Source: a virus. From it: 64,000 nt of DNA. The notes beneath the pieces were generated by a model that saw only the letters and a program-made list of their open reading frames with translations, did not search any database and had not been told where the DNA came from. The position numbers and the translations under genes are program-made. This document shows, piece by piece, positions 45,843-54,176 of this stretch; positions within the stretch are counted from its first letter, which is position 1, and each line of letters begins with the position of its first letter. Where the stretch lies: positions 3,817-67,816 of the IMG/VR virus record IMGVR_UViG_3300026088_000018; one strand, given 5' to 3'.

Positions 45843-47417
45843 TCAGAACGGCCAGTCGGCGTTACGACCGGCCTCGATCAGCGGAATCATCCGGAACGCC
45901 GCATCGGTCATTCCGCCGAACTCGATCCGGTTGGTGGAGCCGGCGTCGAACGCGGCCGGCCGGTACCCGCCCAGGTTGAAGCCGTACAACGGGGTGGTCC
46001 GCGGGATCGCGGACGTGGTGCCGGAGTCCATGGTTTGCATGTCCGAGATCAGAACCACCCGGTCATGCCCGGCGAAGGTGCGGCGCAGCGACCCGGCGAT
46101 GTTGGTGCCGTGTCCGTCCTCACCGGAGCGGCGGACGAACTTGTCGACCTCCCGGATCACGGAGTCACCCCGGGCGATCGATTGGCGGAACGGGCGGGCG
46201 CCGTCTGCGAACCCCACCAGGTCGACCTGCTCGCCCCGGGCGGCGAGCGCCACCCCGAACACGGCGGGGCCTTGAGCGGGGTGACCTTCGGAACGCGCCG
46301 AGTGGCCGAGGCTGGTCATCGAGCCCGAGGTGTCGACGAGGACCAGGGTGCGGCCCGGGAACGCCGGCAGGTTGCCCAGGGATGCCTGGAGCGCCTTGTC
46401 GAGGGCGTGGCCCCACCGCAGCGACGGGGCTGCCTCGTAGGCCGAGAGGAACCGGAATGGGAACTGTCGCGACTTCGCGACCTGCGCCGGGTCGGCGAGC
46501 CGCGTCGCCACCTGCTCGGCAACACTGTCCGGGACGCCGGCCTCGTCGAAGTTACGCAGATTCCGCAGCAGCGCCATGTACCCCATCGACGGGATCAGCG
46601 ACTCCCACAGGCGCGCCTTGTCGACCTTGGAGCCGACCAGCGACAGCGCGTCCTCCCAGGTCATCCCGGCCCGCTTCAGTGCGTCGGCGTTGAGGAGCGC
46701 CTCCGGCTCGCCCTCGGCCGCCTTCCGGAGCCACAGGTTGAACGAGACCATCTCCAGAGCCGCCAGCTCATCCGCGACCTCGTCGCGTCCATGACGGCGG
46801 TTCAGAGCGTGGCGGAACAGGCAGCCCTGGGACAGCGTCGATGGTGTCGGGTGGACGAGGTCGAGCACGTCCGCGAAGCGGAAGCCCTTGCTCGCCGTGT
46901 CGTACTTCAGGAGCGCGTACTCGGTGTAGGCGTGCCGTACAGCGTCGGCGACGCCGCGCTTCACCGGCTTCGGGATCGCCCGGCCGTAGCGTGACGTCCA
47001 GTAGGCCAGGGCCTCTCCCGGCTCGTCCGCGCGCTGGAGCACCGACGCGACGATCTGCCTGGCGCCGGGCAGCTTCGCGTCGAGCATGGCCTGCGCTGCT
47101 TCGAGCGCGCCGACCAGGGATGCGGAGCGCATGTTGCCATCGCCGCGCAGCCAGCCGAGGAACCGCCGCGTCCAGTCCGGATCGGCGACGGCGACCTGGC
47201 GCACGAGGGTGGCGTACCGGTTGTCGCGCTGGTCGGCGCTCTCGTAGAAGGTGTTCTCGCCGACGAAGTTGCTCACCGCGAGCAGGAACAGCTCCGACTT
47301 GGCGTCGCGGACGTACCCGGGTCCGCCCTCGTGGGTCACGGTCGACGGCGTGCGCTCGGCCACGATCGGGCCGGCGCCGCGAGCTGCGCGGGTATCGGTG
47401 ACGTTGAACTTCGCCAT
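45843..47417 (-). CDS. rsr: Ro60/TROVE-domain RNA-binding protein with vWA domain
   Basis: KSELFLLAV, TFYE, LR..GNMRS, LQRADEPGE, LLKYD, MGYMALLRNLRN, RQFPFRFLSAY, VLVDTSGSM (MIDAS), VLISDMQ. Confidence 0.92.
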   Translation of the reverse strand: MAKFNVTDTRAARGAGPIVAERTPSTVTHEGGPGYVRDAKSELFLLAVSNFVGENTFYESADQRDNRYATLVRQVAVADPDWTRRFLGWLRGDGNMRSASLVGALEAAQAMLDAKLPGARQIVASVLQRADEPGEALAYWTSRYGRAIPKPVKRGVADAVRHAYTEYALLKYDTASKGFRFADVLDLVHPTPSTLSQGCLFRHALNRRHGRDEVADELAALEMVSFNLWLRKAAEGEPEALLNADALKRAGMTWEDALSLVGSKVDKARLWESLIPSMGYMALLRNLRNFDEAGVPDSVAEQVATRLADPAQVAKSRQFPFRFLSAYEAAPSLRWGHALDKALQASLGNLPAFPGRTLVLVDTSGSMTSLGHSARSEGHPAQGPAVFGVALAARGEQVDLVGFADGARPFRQSIARGDSVIREVDKFVRRSGEDGHGTNIAGSLRRTFAGHDRVVLISDMQTMDSGTTSAIPRTTPLYGFNLGGYRPAAFDAGSTNRIEFGGMTDAAFRMIPLIEAGRNADWPF

Positions 47418-47463
47418 GCGAAACGGCTCCCATCCGGAAGGAAGGGAGCCGCGTTGCAGAAGA

Positions 47464-47608
47464 AGTGCCCGAGATCAAGACGGTGGCGGGAACCGTTACG
47501 CGCTCTACTACTGAGCTACCACCCGTCGTTGATCGGGTGGGCAGGGATTCGCACCCTGCGACCTCGCACTCCCAAAGTGAAGTATCCGCTACCTGCGCAC
47601 CGGGCACT
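47464..47608 (-). ncRNA. Y RNA, YrlA-type tRNA mimic (copy 1)
   Basis: Terminal stem AGTGCCCG/CGGGCACT; GGTGCG...CTTGATCTC helix; T-arm GCAGGG-TGCGAAT-CCCTGC, loop-closed acceptor stem CCACCCG/CGGGTGG, D-arm TAGCTCAGTAGTAGAGC; next to Ro60. Confidence 0.82.
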
Positions 47609-47623
47609 GCCTCTGAAGTTGTA

Positions 47624-47766
47624 CTCCCCGAGATCAAGTCGTGTGCCGGCGATACCGCACGCCAATTGCGGCTGGCGAGCCGAGGAAACCCCTCGCGGGG
47701 GTCGGCTGCCCGGATTCGAACCGGATTCCTGTGAAAGAAGTAGCCGTCACACTGCGCACCGGGGAG
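47624..47766 (-). ncRNA. Y RNA, YrlA-type tRNA mimic (copy 2)
   Basis: Terminal stem CTCCCCG/CGGGGAG; same GGTGCG, TACTTC and CTTGATCTCGG motifs; T-arm CCGG-TTCGAAT-CCGG. Confidence 0.78.
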
Positions 47767-47784
47767 GTGCATATCAAGTTGTCA

Positions 47785-47858
47785 TGCCCGGCCGAGATCA
47801 AGGCCGCCAGCGGTGTTTTCATCGCAGAAGTAACCGAAGGCTTCGCACCGGTCGAGCA
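47785..47858 (-). ncRNA. Short Y RNA-like RNA lacking the tRNA-like domain (copy 3)
   Basis: TGCTCGACCGGTGCG...TACTTC...CTTGATCTCGGCCGGGCA; keeps the shared stem motifs only. Confidence 0.7.
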
Positions 47859-47984
47859 GGGCCGACGGTACACCTCGTTGCTGATCTGTTCCACCGACAT
47901 GCTGAAGCGGCCCGCCCACGCCTCGGAGGAAGGCGCGAGCGGGCCGCTGTGCGGGGTGAACGGTGGAAGATTTCGGAGGCGCCG

Positions 47985-48245
47985 CTACACGGCGGGTGGC
48001 CGGCCGAGTGCCTTCGCTGTCGAGGCTGGGGAGTTGACGTGCCGACGCGCCCACCAGGCCAGCACCAGTGGTGCGACCAGCCCGATGGCGTAGAGGACCG
48101 CGGTCTGCTGGGTGTTGTCCAGCGGTAGCCCCCAGGCGACGAGGACGCCGAGGAGGGCGGTGGCGACGGTGACGATGCTCGCCCGGGACAGCAGCGGCTC
48201 GGTGGCGGTGCCGGTCACCACGCCGGAGTTGGTGGTGCTGTTCAT
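47985..48245 (-). CDS. Holin (putative)
   Basis: Two TM helices, EP..., L.L...QQ.A, ARRHV.P pattern; GAAGGAG RBS; lysis region. Confidence 0.7.
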   Translation of the reverse strand: MNSTTNSGVVTGTATEPLLSRASIVTVATALLGVLVAWGLPLDNTQQTAVLYAIGLVAPLVLAWWARRHVNSPASTAKALGRPPAV

Positions 48246-48256
48246 GTTGATCTCCT

Positions 48257-48508
48257 TCAGGAGCCGGGCCAGGGATGGGTAGGCGTCCACCAGCCCATCG
48301 CGAAGTGGCCGGCGAGCCATATCCCGCCGATGGCGAGGGCGGTACGCCCCACGATGACGAGCGGAGTGGGCCGCTTGTCGTAGACGTTGAACCAGGCCCA
48401 CACGTGCTCCGACAGGCTCGAACCGGGTTTCTTGCTGGCCAGTGCCACGCCTTCCTCAACCACGAACCAGGCGATCCACAGCAGCCAGCCGATCGTCCAG
48501 CCGGACAT
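48257..48508 (-). CDS. small membrane protein
   Basis: Trp-rich, two TM helices. Confidence 0.65.
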   Translation of the reverse strand: MSGWTIGWLLWIAWFVVEEGVALASKKPGSSLSEHVWAWFNVYDKRPTPLVIVGRTALAIGGIWLAGHFAMGWWTPTHPWPGS

Positions 48509-48593
48509 CAGATCCGCCCGAAGATCAGTATCCGAGGATCGCGTGGATCCGGCCGCAACTCCCGGTACCGGAAGGTCCGGGCCGTATCAAGGG

Positions 48594-48653
48594 TCAGCGT
48601 CTCGGGGTTCCGTCGCTGACGTAGTGGACGATCCGACCAACAGACGGCTCCAT
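48594..48653 (-). pseudogene. Truncated remnant of a PSVGRIVHY-family phage gene
   Basis: MEPSVGRIVHYVSDGTPRR-stop after a GAGGAG RBS; stops after 19 codons. Confidence 0.4.
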
Positions 48654-48682
48654 GCCGATTACTCCTCGTCGAGAACTTGGGG

Positions 48683-48844
48683 TCACGGATTCTGGCGGCC
48701 ACGCCATGGTCCCCACGCGGTGAACCCGGCGAACGCGAGATGAGCGGCCACGAACGCGAAACCGAGGACGACGAAGTCGATCCCGCCGAGGTGGGCGTGG
48801 AACAGCGCGAGTACGAAGCAGATCAGGGCGACGACGGCGAGCAT
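48683..48844 (-). CDS. small hydrophobic membrane protein
   Basis: Hand translation MLAVVALICFVLALFHAHLGGIDFVVLGFAFVAAHLAF...; GAGGGAG RBS. Confidence 0.65.
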   Translation of the reverse strand: MLAVVALICFVLALFHAHLGGIDFVVLGFAFVAAHLAFAGFTAWGPWRGRQNP

Positions 48845-48855
48845 GGGTTTCTCCC

Positions 48856-49068
48856 TCAGGCGAGTCCGAGTCCGCGATCGTCATCGAGCAGGCCGCATGC
48901 CTCGGAGCAGTAGAGCTGGATGATCGGCCGGCCGTCCGTGGTGCGGGTGGTGATGCGGTAGCCGCCGGGCATCTGCTGGCCGGGTGGGCCGGGCCAGGGT
49001 TGGTCGCAGCCGGGTCGGTCGCAGATGGGTGGGCCGGACTCGTCGGAGATCAGCATCTTGACCACCAT
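48856..49068 (-). CDS. hypothetical protein (CDRPGC...CSEAC)
   Basis: Zn-binding motif; operon orientation. Confidence 0.55.
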   Translation of the reverse strand: MVVKMLISDESGPPICDRPGCDQPWPGPPGQQMPGGYRITTRTTDGRPIIQLYCSEACGLLDDDRGLGLA

Positions 49069-49073
49069 CGGAC

Positions 49074-49481
49074 CTACTTCAGTAGCAGCGCGATCACGGC
49101 GAAGATGACACCGGCTGCTCCGAGCAGGTAGCCCCAACCCGCGTTGAGGCCGGTGCTCTTGCCCTCGGTCTTGTCCATCCGGGTGGCGAGGTCGGAGACC
49201 CGGTCGGCGAGAGCTTGGAGTTCGACCCGCGATGGAAACGACGCCGTCTGGTCGGACAGCGTCTTTCGGAACTCGTTGACCGATTCGAACCTTTTTTCGT
49301 TGGCGGTCTCAGCTTTCGCCACGGCTTTCTCCGCTGCGATCAGCGCCGTCTGCACGGCTTTCTCCGCTGCGAGCAGTGCCGCGGTCAGGGCCTGCCCCTG
49401 TGCGTCGAAGCGCTGCTGGTAGCGAAGGTCCATCTCGACGAGCAACGCCCGTACGTGGTCAAGCGCGCTGACCCCACGCAT
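49074..49481 (-). CDS. coiled-coil protein with C-terminal TM helix
   Basis: AEKAV repeats, RFESVNEFR, C-terminal hydrophobic helix. Confidence 0.7.
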   Translation of the reverse strand: MRGVSALDHVRALLVEMDLRYQQRFDAQGQALTAALLAAEKAVQTALIAAEKAVAKAETANEKRFESVNEFRKTLSDQTASFPSRVELQALADRVSDLATRMDKTEGKSTGLNAGWGYLLGAAGVIFAVIALLLK

Positions 49482-49753
49482 CAGCCGCAGCCGAGTTCAG
49501 CCCGCAGGTTGTGGATGTCCGCCGCCACCCGCTGCCCGGTCGGGGACTGCGGCGGGGTGGCCCGGTACGCCTCGTCCAGGGTGGTCAGCAGCTTGCACCA
49601 GCGCTGGTCGTTGGCCCGTTCGGCTTTGTCCTGCTCGCTGACGGTGCGGTTGGTGTACAGCACTCCCCCGACGCCGAGGACGATCAGAAGCAGCACCGAC
49701 ACGGCCAGCGTGTACCAGGCCGGCATCGTCAGCTCGCGGGCTCGCTCCATCAC
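49481..49753 (-). CDS. membrane protein (lysis cassette)
   Basis: N-terminal TM; RWC.LL.TLD.AY...PP..TG...L..ELGC. Confidence 0.7.
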   Translation of the reverse strand: MMERARELTMPAWYTLAVSVLLLIVLGVGGVLYTNRTVSEQDKAERANDQRWCKLLTTLDEAYRATPPQSPTGQRVAADIHNLRAELGCG

Positions 49754-49767
49754 GTCGCGTCACCGCC

Positions 49768-50049
49768 TCACGAGGGCGTAGACGAGGATGAGGACGGCAG
49801 CGGCGGTGAGGACGGCGTAGACGGGGACGGCGATTCTGGCGTGCCTGATGCGCCAGGGGACTGCGTGGGTCGTAGCTGCCATACCCCCATAGCCGTACGT
49901 GCCGCCAGCAGGCCGGCGCAGTAGGCCATGATCGTGGCGTCGATCCTGCTGGACGCGTAGAAGGTCCACAGGTTCAGGGCCATCCCCCCGCCACCCAGCA
50001 CGATCGCCACCGCGTCCGCTGCCAGCGTCAGAAATCGCTCTGGCTTCAC
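49768..50049 (-). CDS. membrane protein (holin-like)
   Basis: Two TM helices, Pro/Ser tail; just downstream of endolysin. Confidence 0.6.
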   Translation of the reverse strand: MKPERFLTLAADAVAIVLGGGGMALNLWTFYASSRIDATIMAYCAGLLAARTAMGVWQLRPTQSPGASGTPESPSPSTPSSPPLPSSSSSTPS

Positions 50050-50150
50050 GCACCGCCGCTCCCATCTCCGCCCGGTCCCACCGTGAAGCGGGTTTGTGAT
50101 GCCCTGCCACGGGGTCTAGGTGGCCGGGGTGTTGTGCGTGCTGCGGGGGG

Positions 50151-51671
50151 TCAGGAGTCGAGGGAGTCGGCGGCGGCGCGTTCGGCGGCGGCGAGGCGGT
50201 GCCGCAGGTCGGCGATCTCGGTTTCCAGGGGCTCCACCGCGTCGTGGACGGCGTCGGCCACGCCGGCGAGGATGGCTGCCACGTCCACGCTTCCACCGCC
50301 GGCGGTGATGGCTGCGGCGAGGGCGTCGACCACGGTCTTGAGTGCCGCGTCCCGGGCGGTCTCCGCGGTGGCCGCGGTGAGCAGCTGGTCGAGTTTGGCG
50401 CCGTTCGCCGCCGCCATGGCTGCGGCGGTGGCGGCCTGCTGCCACGTGAACGCCAACGCGGTGTCGCGTTGCTGCCCGGCGTACCCGGGGGCGCCCTGGG
50501 TCAGGGCCGCACCGTTCGGCTCCCCAACATGCCATTCGCTGCCCATGGTGACTCCTTCGAAGAATTCCCGGAGCAGGCCGAGGAAGTTGCCGTCGCCCGC
50601 GCGGCGGCCCTCGCTGTCCCGGAAGAACGAGAGATGGGTGTGGTAGAGGTGTGAGCTGTCGCCGGTCGAGCGGATACCGAGCCGGTCCCAGCGGCGCACC
50701 GTCGACCCGTCCGGGGTGTAGATGATCTCCCGGATGTCGTTGCAGCGCGGGTCCCCGGCTTGGCACTTCGCGACGACGAACAGACTCAGCTGCCGCAGCG
50801 TCTTTCCGTCGCGGTTGAAGTCGCCGATGTCCTCGGCGCTCGCCGCGTTGCTGCCCGGCCGGTCGCGGGGGGACTCGCGTTTCGAGTAGTCCGAGTCCAA
50901 CCGGCCGGCGTTTGCGAGATCGTCGTTGCCCTCGTGGTAGCCCCCGCTGCTCGCGTGGGCGGGGTCACCGGCGATGCCTACGCTGCTCGCGTCCAGGCCG
51001 GTGCGACCCATCACGTACTGGCGCACCGCGAGCAGGTCGGCTGGCGCATACGTCATGACTGCCCCCGAGGTTGATGCCTGCCCCCAGGCGGGGACGACGA
51101 TGTCGGACCGGTCCACCGGCGTGCCGCCGATCCGGGCCGGGGCGCGCTGGATCAGGTGGGCGCGCGGGTGGTCGCGGGCGTTGCGACCGCCCGACCAGGC
51201 CCGGGACATGCCGGCCTGCCAGAACACGTCGACCAGGCCGGCGTCGGCGCAGCGTTGCAGCGCATCCCACGGCCCGTACACACCGGGCCGGTACCCGCCA
51301 GCGTGTAGGGCGGCGGCGAACGCGGCCACATAGTCCCGGCAGGCCGGCCAGTCCGCGGCCGCCAGGTCGAAATCACAGGAGCCGAAGACGGTCGCACCGG
51401 CCGGGTAGCCCAGATCCGTGGCCTGCCGCGCCGCCTCGACGCCGTGCTCCCGACCCGCTGCGGCGCCGCCGAGCCAGTCCGTGGCGTACGACTCCCAGAC
51501 CAGGGTCACCCTCAGCCCGGCGGCCAGCAGATCCCGGTACTCCCCCGCCTTGATGCGTTTCCAGTCGCCGCGCCCGAGCGGGGCCAGGTAGCGGCACACG
51601 TCGGTGACACCGGCCGCGAGCAGTGCTGCCGGGGCGATGGGGCCGGATGCGTAGTCCACCGCCAGCGCCAC
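50151..51671 (-). CDS. Endolysin: DUF1906 (Rv2525c/GH25-like) glycoside hydrolase plus putative Zn-peptidase domain
   Basis: VDYA...CRYL...LVWE...GVYG..FWQ...AWS (DUF1906); GD.AH..GYH...ASA.DIG...IIY...H..H.H.SF; Ala-rich C-terminus. Confidence 0.8.
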   Translation of the reverse strand: MALAVDYASGPIAPAALLAAGVTDVCRYLAPLGRGDWKRIKAGEYRDLLAAGLRVTLVWESYATDWLGGAAAGREHGVEAARQATDLGYPAGATVFGSCDFDLAAADWPACRDYVAAFAAALHAGGYRPGVYGPWDALQRCADAGLVDVFWQAGMSRAWSGGRNARDHPRAHLIQRAPARIGGTPVDRSDIVVPAWGQASTSGAVMTYAPADLLAVRQYVMGRTGLDASSVGIAGDPAHASSGGYHEGNDDLANAGRLDSDYSKRESPRDRPGSNAASAEDIGDFNRDGKTLRQLSLFVVAKCQAGDPRCNDIREIIYTPDGSTVRRWDRLGIRSTGDSSHLYHTHLSFFRDSEGRRAGDGNFLGLLREFFEGVTMGSEWHVGEPNGAALTQGAPGYAGQQRDTALAFTWQQAATAAAMAAANGAKLDQLLTAATAETARDAALKTVVDALAAAITAGGGSVDVAAILAGVADAVHDAVEPLETEIADLRHRLAAAERAAADSLDS

Positions 51672-51686
51672 GCGGGCACCCCCTGA

Positions 51687-52802
51687 TCAGCGTTTGGCGA
51701 GGACGTTGAGCCGGCGTGCGATCCCACGCAGGACGGAACGGGCGTCGAGGGCGACGTCGCCGATGACGACGTTCACGGTCTCGACGTCGTTGTCGTCGAG
51801 GCTGACGTCGATCTCGAAGACGCGGACCTTGACGACCTCGTTCAGCCGGCCGGCCTTGACTGCGAACGTCACGTAGTCGCCGAGCCAGAAATGCGACGGG
51901 CCACCCCACGCGTCCGGCGCCAGGGTGACGGTGTAGGTCGGAACCGGCATGGACGCCCGGGCCAGGTTCGTCGCCGCGGTCTGGGCCACCATGTCCGCGG
52001 TGGTGAGTTGGGTATCGCTGTACTGCGCCTCCCAGCGGCCCTCGGGTGCTGCGGCGAGGCCGGGCACGGAGGTGATGACGGGGGTGACTCCGTCGGCGCC
52101 GGACTGGCGGATCGCGTTGGCGAACTGGGCCGGGTCCCAGGCCCGGGTCATCTGGGTGACGATGCCGCCGTAGTCGAGGACCGCGCCGACGTCGGAACCG
52201 CGCTGCGGGTAGTAGAGGTTGGCCTGCAGGTCGGCGTCGATATCGAAGTCGAACCCGTTCGCCATCTGACCGAGCTTCTTGATCGACTCCCAGACCGTGT
52301 CGCCGGCGGTGAACGTCACCGACGGGCGCACGACCCCGGTGGTCGGCCAGGCCCCTTGGACGATGCCGAGGTTCCCGCCGTCGAGTGCCTGGGTGTCCTG
52401 GATGAGGTTCCACGCGATCGTGGACTGCTCGACGCTCGTCCAGGTCCGGTCGGCCTGCAGGAGCCGACGGAGGAGGACCTCGCGGTAGTCGCGGCAGGCG
52501 ACGGTCAGGTCATACGCGGCGATGTCGAGTTGGTCGCCGATGTTCGCGACCCGGCCGCGGAAGAGGTTGGTGCCGTCCCGGTACACCCACAGGTCGGTGA
52601 TCAGGTCTTCCAGGCGCAACGCTTCCGCGCTGTACCCGCTCGTGTTGAAGCTGGCTTCGTGCGGGTCGAGGAGTTTCAGCTTCAGCGACCGCGAGGTGGC
52701 CTCGGTGAGTTCGGCCTCCGGCGCCCCACCACGGCCGGCGAGGTCCGCGAGGGCCGACACGCCGGCCTTCCACGGCCCGACCGACCACGACCACCGTGCC
52801 AC
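51687..52802 (-). CDS. Minor tail protein (ReqiPepy6 Gp37-like)
   Basis: DLWVYRDG..LFRG, NGFDF, F.LGD.V; position after Dit. Confidence 0.75.
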   Translation of the reverse strand: MARWSWSVGPWKAGVSALADLAGRGGAPEAELTEATSRSLKLKLLDPHEASFNTSGYSAEALRLEDLITDLWVYRDGTNLFRGRVANIGDQLDIAAYDLTVACRDYREVLLRRLLQADRTWTSVEQSTIAWNLIQDTQALDGGNLGIVQGAWPTTGVVRPSVTFTAGDTVWESIKKLGQMANGFDFDIDADLQANLYYPQRGSDVGAVLDYGGIVTQMTRAWDPAQFANAIRQSGADGVTPVITSVPGLAAAPEGRWEAQYSDTQLTTADMVAQTAATNLARASMPVPTYTVTLAPDAWGGPSHFWLGDYVTFAVKAGRLNEVVKVRVFEIDVSLDDNDVETVNVVIGDVALDARSVLRGIARRLNVLAKR

Positions 52803-52803
52803 G

Positions 52804-53127
52804 TCAGTCCGGTGGTATCAGCAGCGAAGGGTCGGCGATCCAGCGGATCACCGTGACGAGGGCGGCCCAGTCCTGATCGCTCTGCGCCTTGGTTACCAGT
52901 CGCGCGGCGGCGGCGCGGACCGCGGTTATCTGGGACCGGCTCCGCCCGTCGGTGGTCAGGCCGTAGACGGTGCCGTGGTCGGTCAGCCACTGCGCCCAGG
53001 GCAGGGTCGCTGTCGGTGGGGTGTCCACGTCGATGACCTCGCCGGGGGTGTCCGGGATCAGCATGTTCGCCAGGGAAACGCTGACACCGGGGACGATCGA
53101 GGTGATCCGCCAGGACCGTGTCGCCAT
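52804..53127 (-). CDS. hypothetical tail-region protein
   Basis: GGAGG RBS; operon orientation. Confidence 0.65.
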   Translation of the reverse strand: MATRSWRITSIVPGVSVSLANMLIPDTPGEVIDVDTPPTATLPWAQWLTDHGTVYGLTTDGRSRSQITAVRAAAARLVTKAQSDQDWAALVTVIRWIADPSLLIPPD

Positions 53128-53140
53128 GGGTGTCCTCCGC

Positions 53141-54124
53141 CTACAGGTTGGTGCCGGAGTTGGCGGCGACCGGGCCGAGATCCTCGATGAGCAGATCGAT
53201 CGACGGGTTGGCGGCCATCTGGACCGTGCCGGCACCGCCGACCCGGGCGACGGTGAGCATGACGGTCAGGGTGAGGTTCGCCGTCGGGTAGTAGTAGCCG
53301 ACGGCGGTCGCGGTGTCGGCGGTGAAGCTGGTGGTGTTGTCGCGGCCGGAGTTGAGGGTGGTGGAGCTGGTCGTCGGGGTGGTGCCGTCGATGGTGTAGC
53401 GCAGGATCGCCGAGATCGTGTCCCCGGCGGAGGTGCTGGTGAGCAGGAGCGACCCCGTCGAGACCCGGATGCAGTGCCCGTTCGGCACGAACGCCGCGAG
53501 CCTGACGACGCCGGTCTCGGTGGTCGTGGTCGACGAGTTGGTGAGCCGCTGGTGCCGTGCCAGGACCTTGTTGCCGTATACCGCCGCGGTCGGTCGGGAG
53601 TCGGTGATGTTGGCGGTCTGCACGCTGGCCTGGCCGGAGGCGATGGACACCAGGGCGAGGGTGATCGCGGAGTTCGGCTCGGCCGGCGTGCCGGAGCCGG
53701 TGTCTTCCAGCAGTTCGAGGGTCCAGTCGTAGGTGCCGGAGCCGATGACCTGCTTGTCGCGGATCCGGATGATGATGCGGTGGATTCGGGTGCCCGAGCC
53801 GGGGGCGGACGGGGTGACGCAGTTGACCGTGCCGTTGGAGACGACGACATATTTGCGCTGGTTGGTGCCGTCATCGCCCTGCACCACGGCCTTGCCGGAG
53901 CCGATGTCCACCGAGAAGTTCGCGCCGGCGCCGCGCTGCGCGACCAGGAACCCGGTGCCGGCGGTGACGGTCAGGACGCCCTCGTTGGGGACCAGGGCGT
54001 CGATAAGGGCCCGGTCGTCGGCGGCGTTGTACTGGATCGCTGCGTCGCCGCCGGTTGCCTGCATCCATAGCGGCTCGTCGACCATGTTGCTGTCGGAGGT
54101 CGACACGATCACGGTGTTGGCCAC
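53141..54124 (-). CDS. Minor tail protein
   Basis: SVDI.SG.A.VQG, RI.RI...I.D, P.EP.SAI.LA, V.TANITD.R motifs; Thr-rich. Confidence 0.75.
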   Translation of the reverse strand: MANTVIVSTSDSNMVDEPLWMQATGGDAAIQYNAADDRALIDALVPNEGVLTVTAGTGFLVAQRGAGANFSVDIGSGKAVVQGDDGTNQRKYVVVSNGTVNCVTPSAPGSGTRIHRIIIRIRDKQVIGSGTYDWTLELLEDTGSGTPAEPNSAITLALVSIASGQASVQTANITDSRPTAAVYGNKVLARHQRLTNSSTTTTETGVVRLAAFVPNGHCIRVSTGSLLLTSTSAGDTISAILRYTIDGTTPTTSSTTLNSGRDNTTSFTADTATAVGYYYPTANLTLTVMLTVARVGGAGTVQMAANPSIDLLIEDLGPVAANSGTNL

Positions 54125-54176
54125 GGATCAACGCCCTCCGAAGTGCAGCTTTTGTAGTTGTGGTCTTGCGGTTGGG

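Noticed and set aside
47495-47570. Genuine tRNA gene
   Set aside because: Arm order is permuted (T-arm before D-arm), the acceptor stem is loop-closed, and there is no anticodon loop or CCA
47464-47858. CRISPR array (recurring CCGAGATCAAG / GCACCGG motifs)
   Set aside because: Only three units, each folding back on itself with unequal inserts containing tRNA-like arms; no cas genes; better explained as Y RNAs
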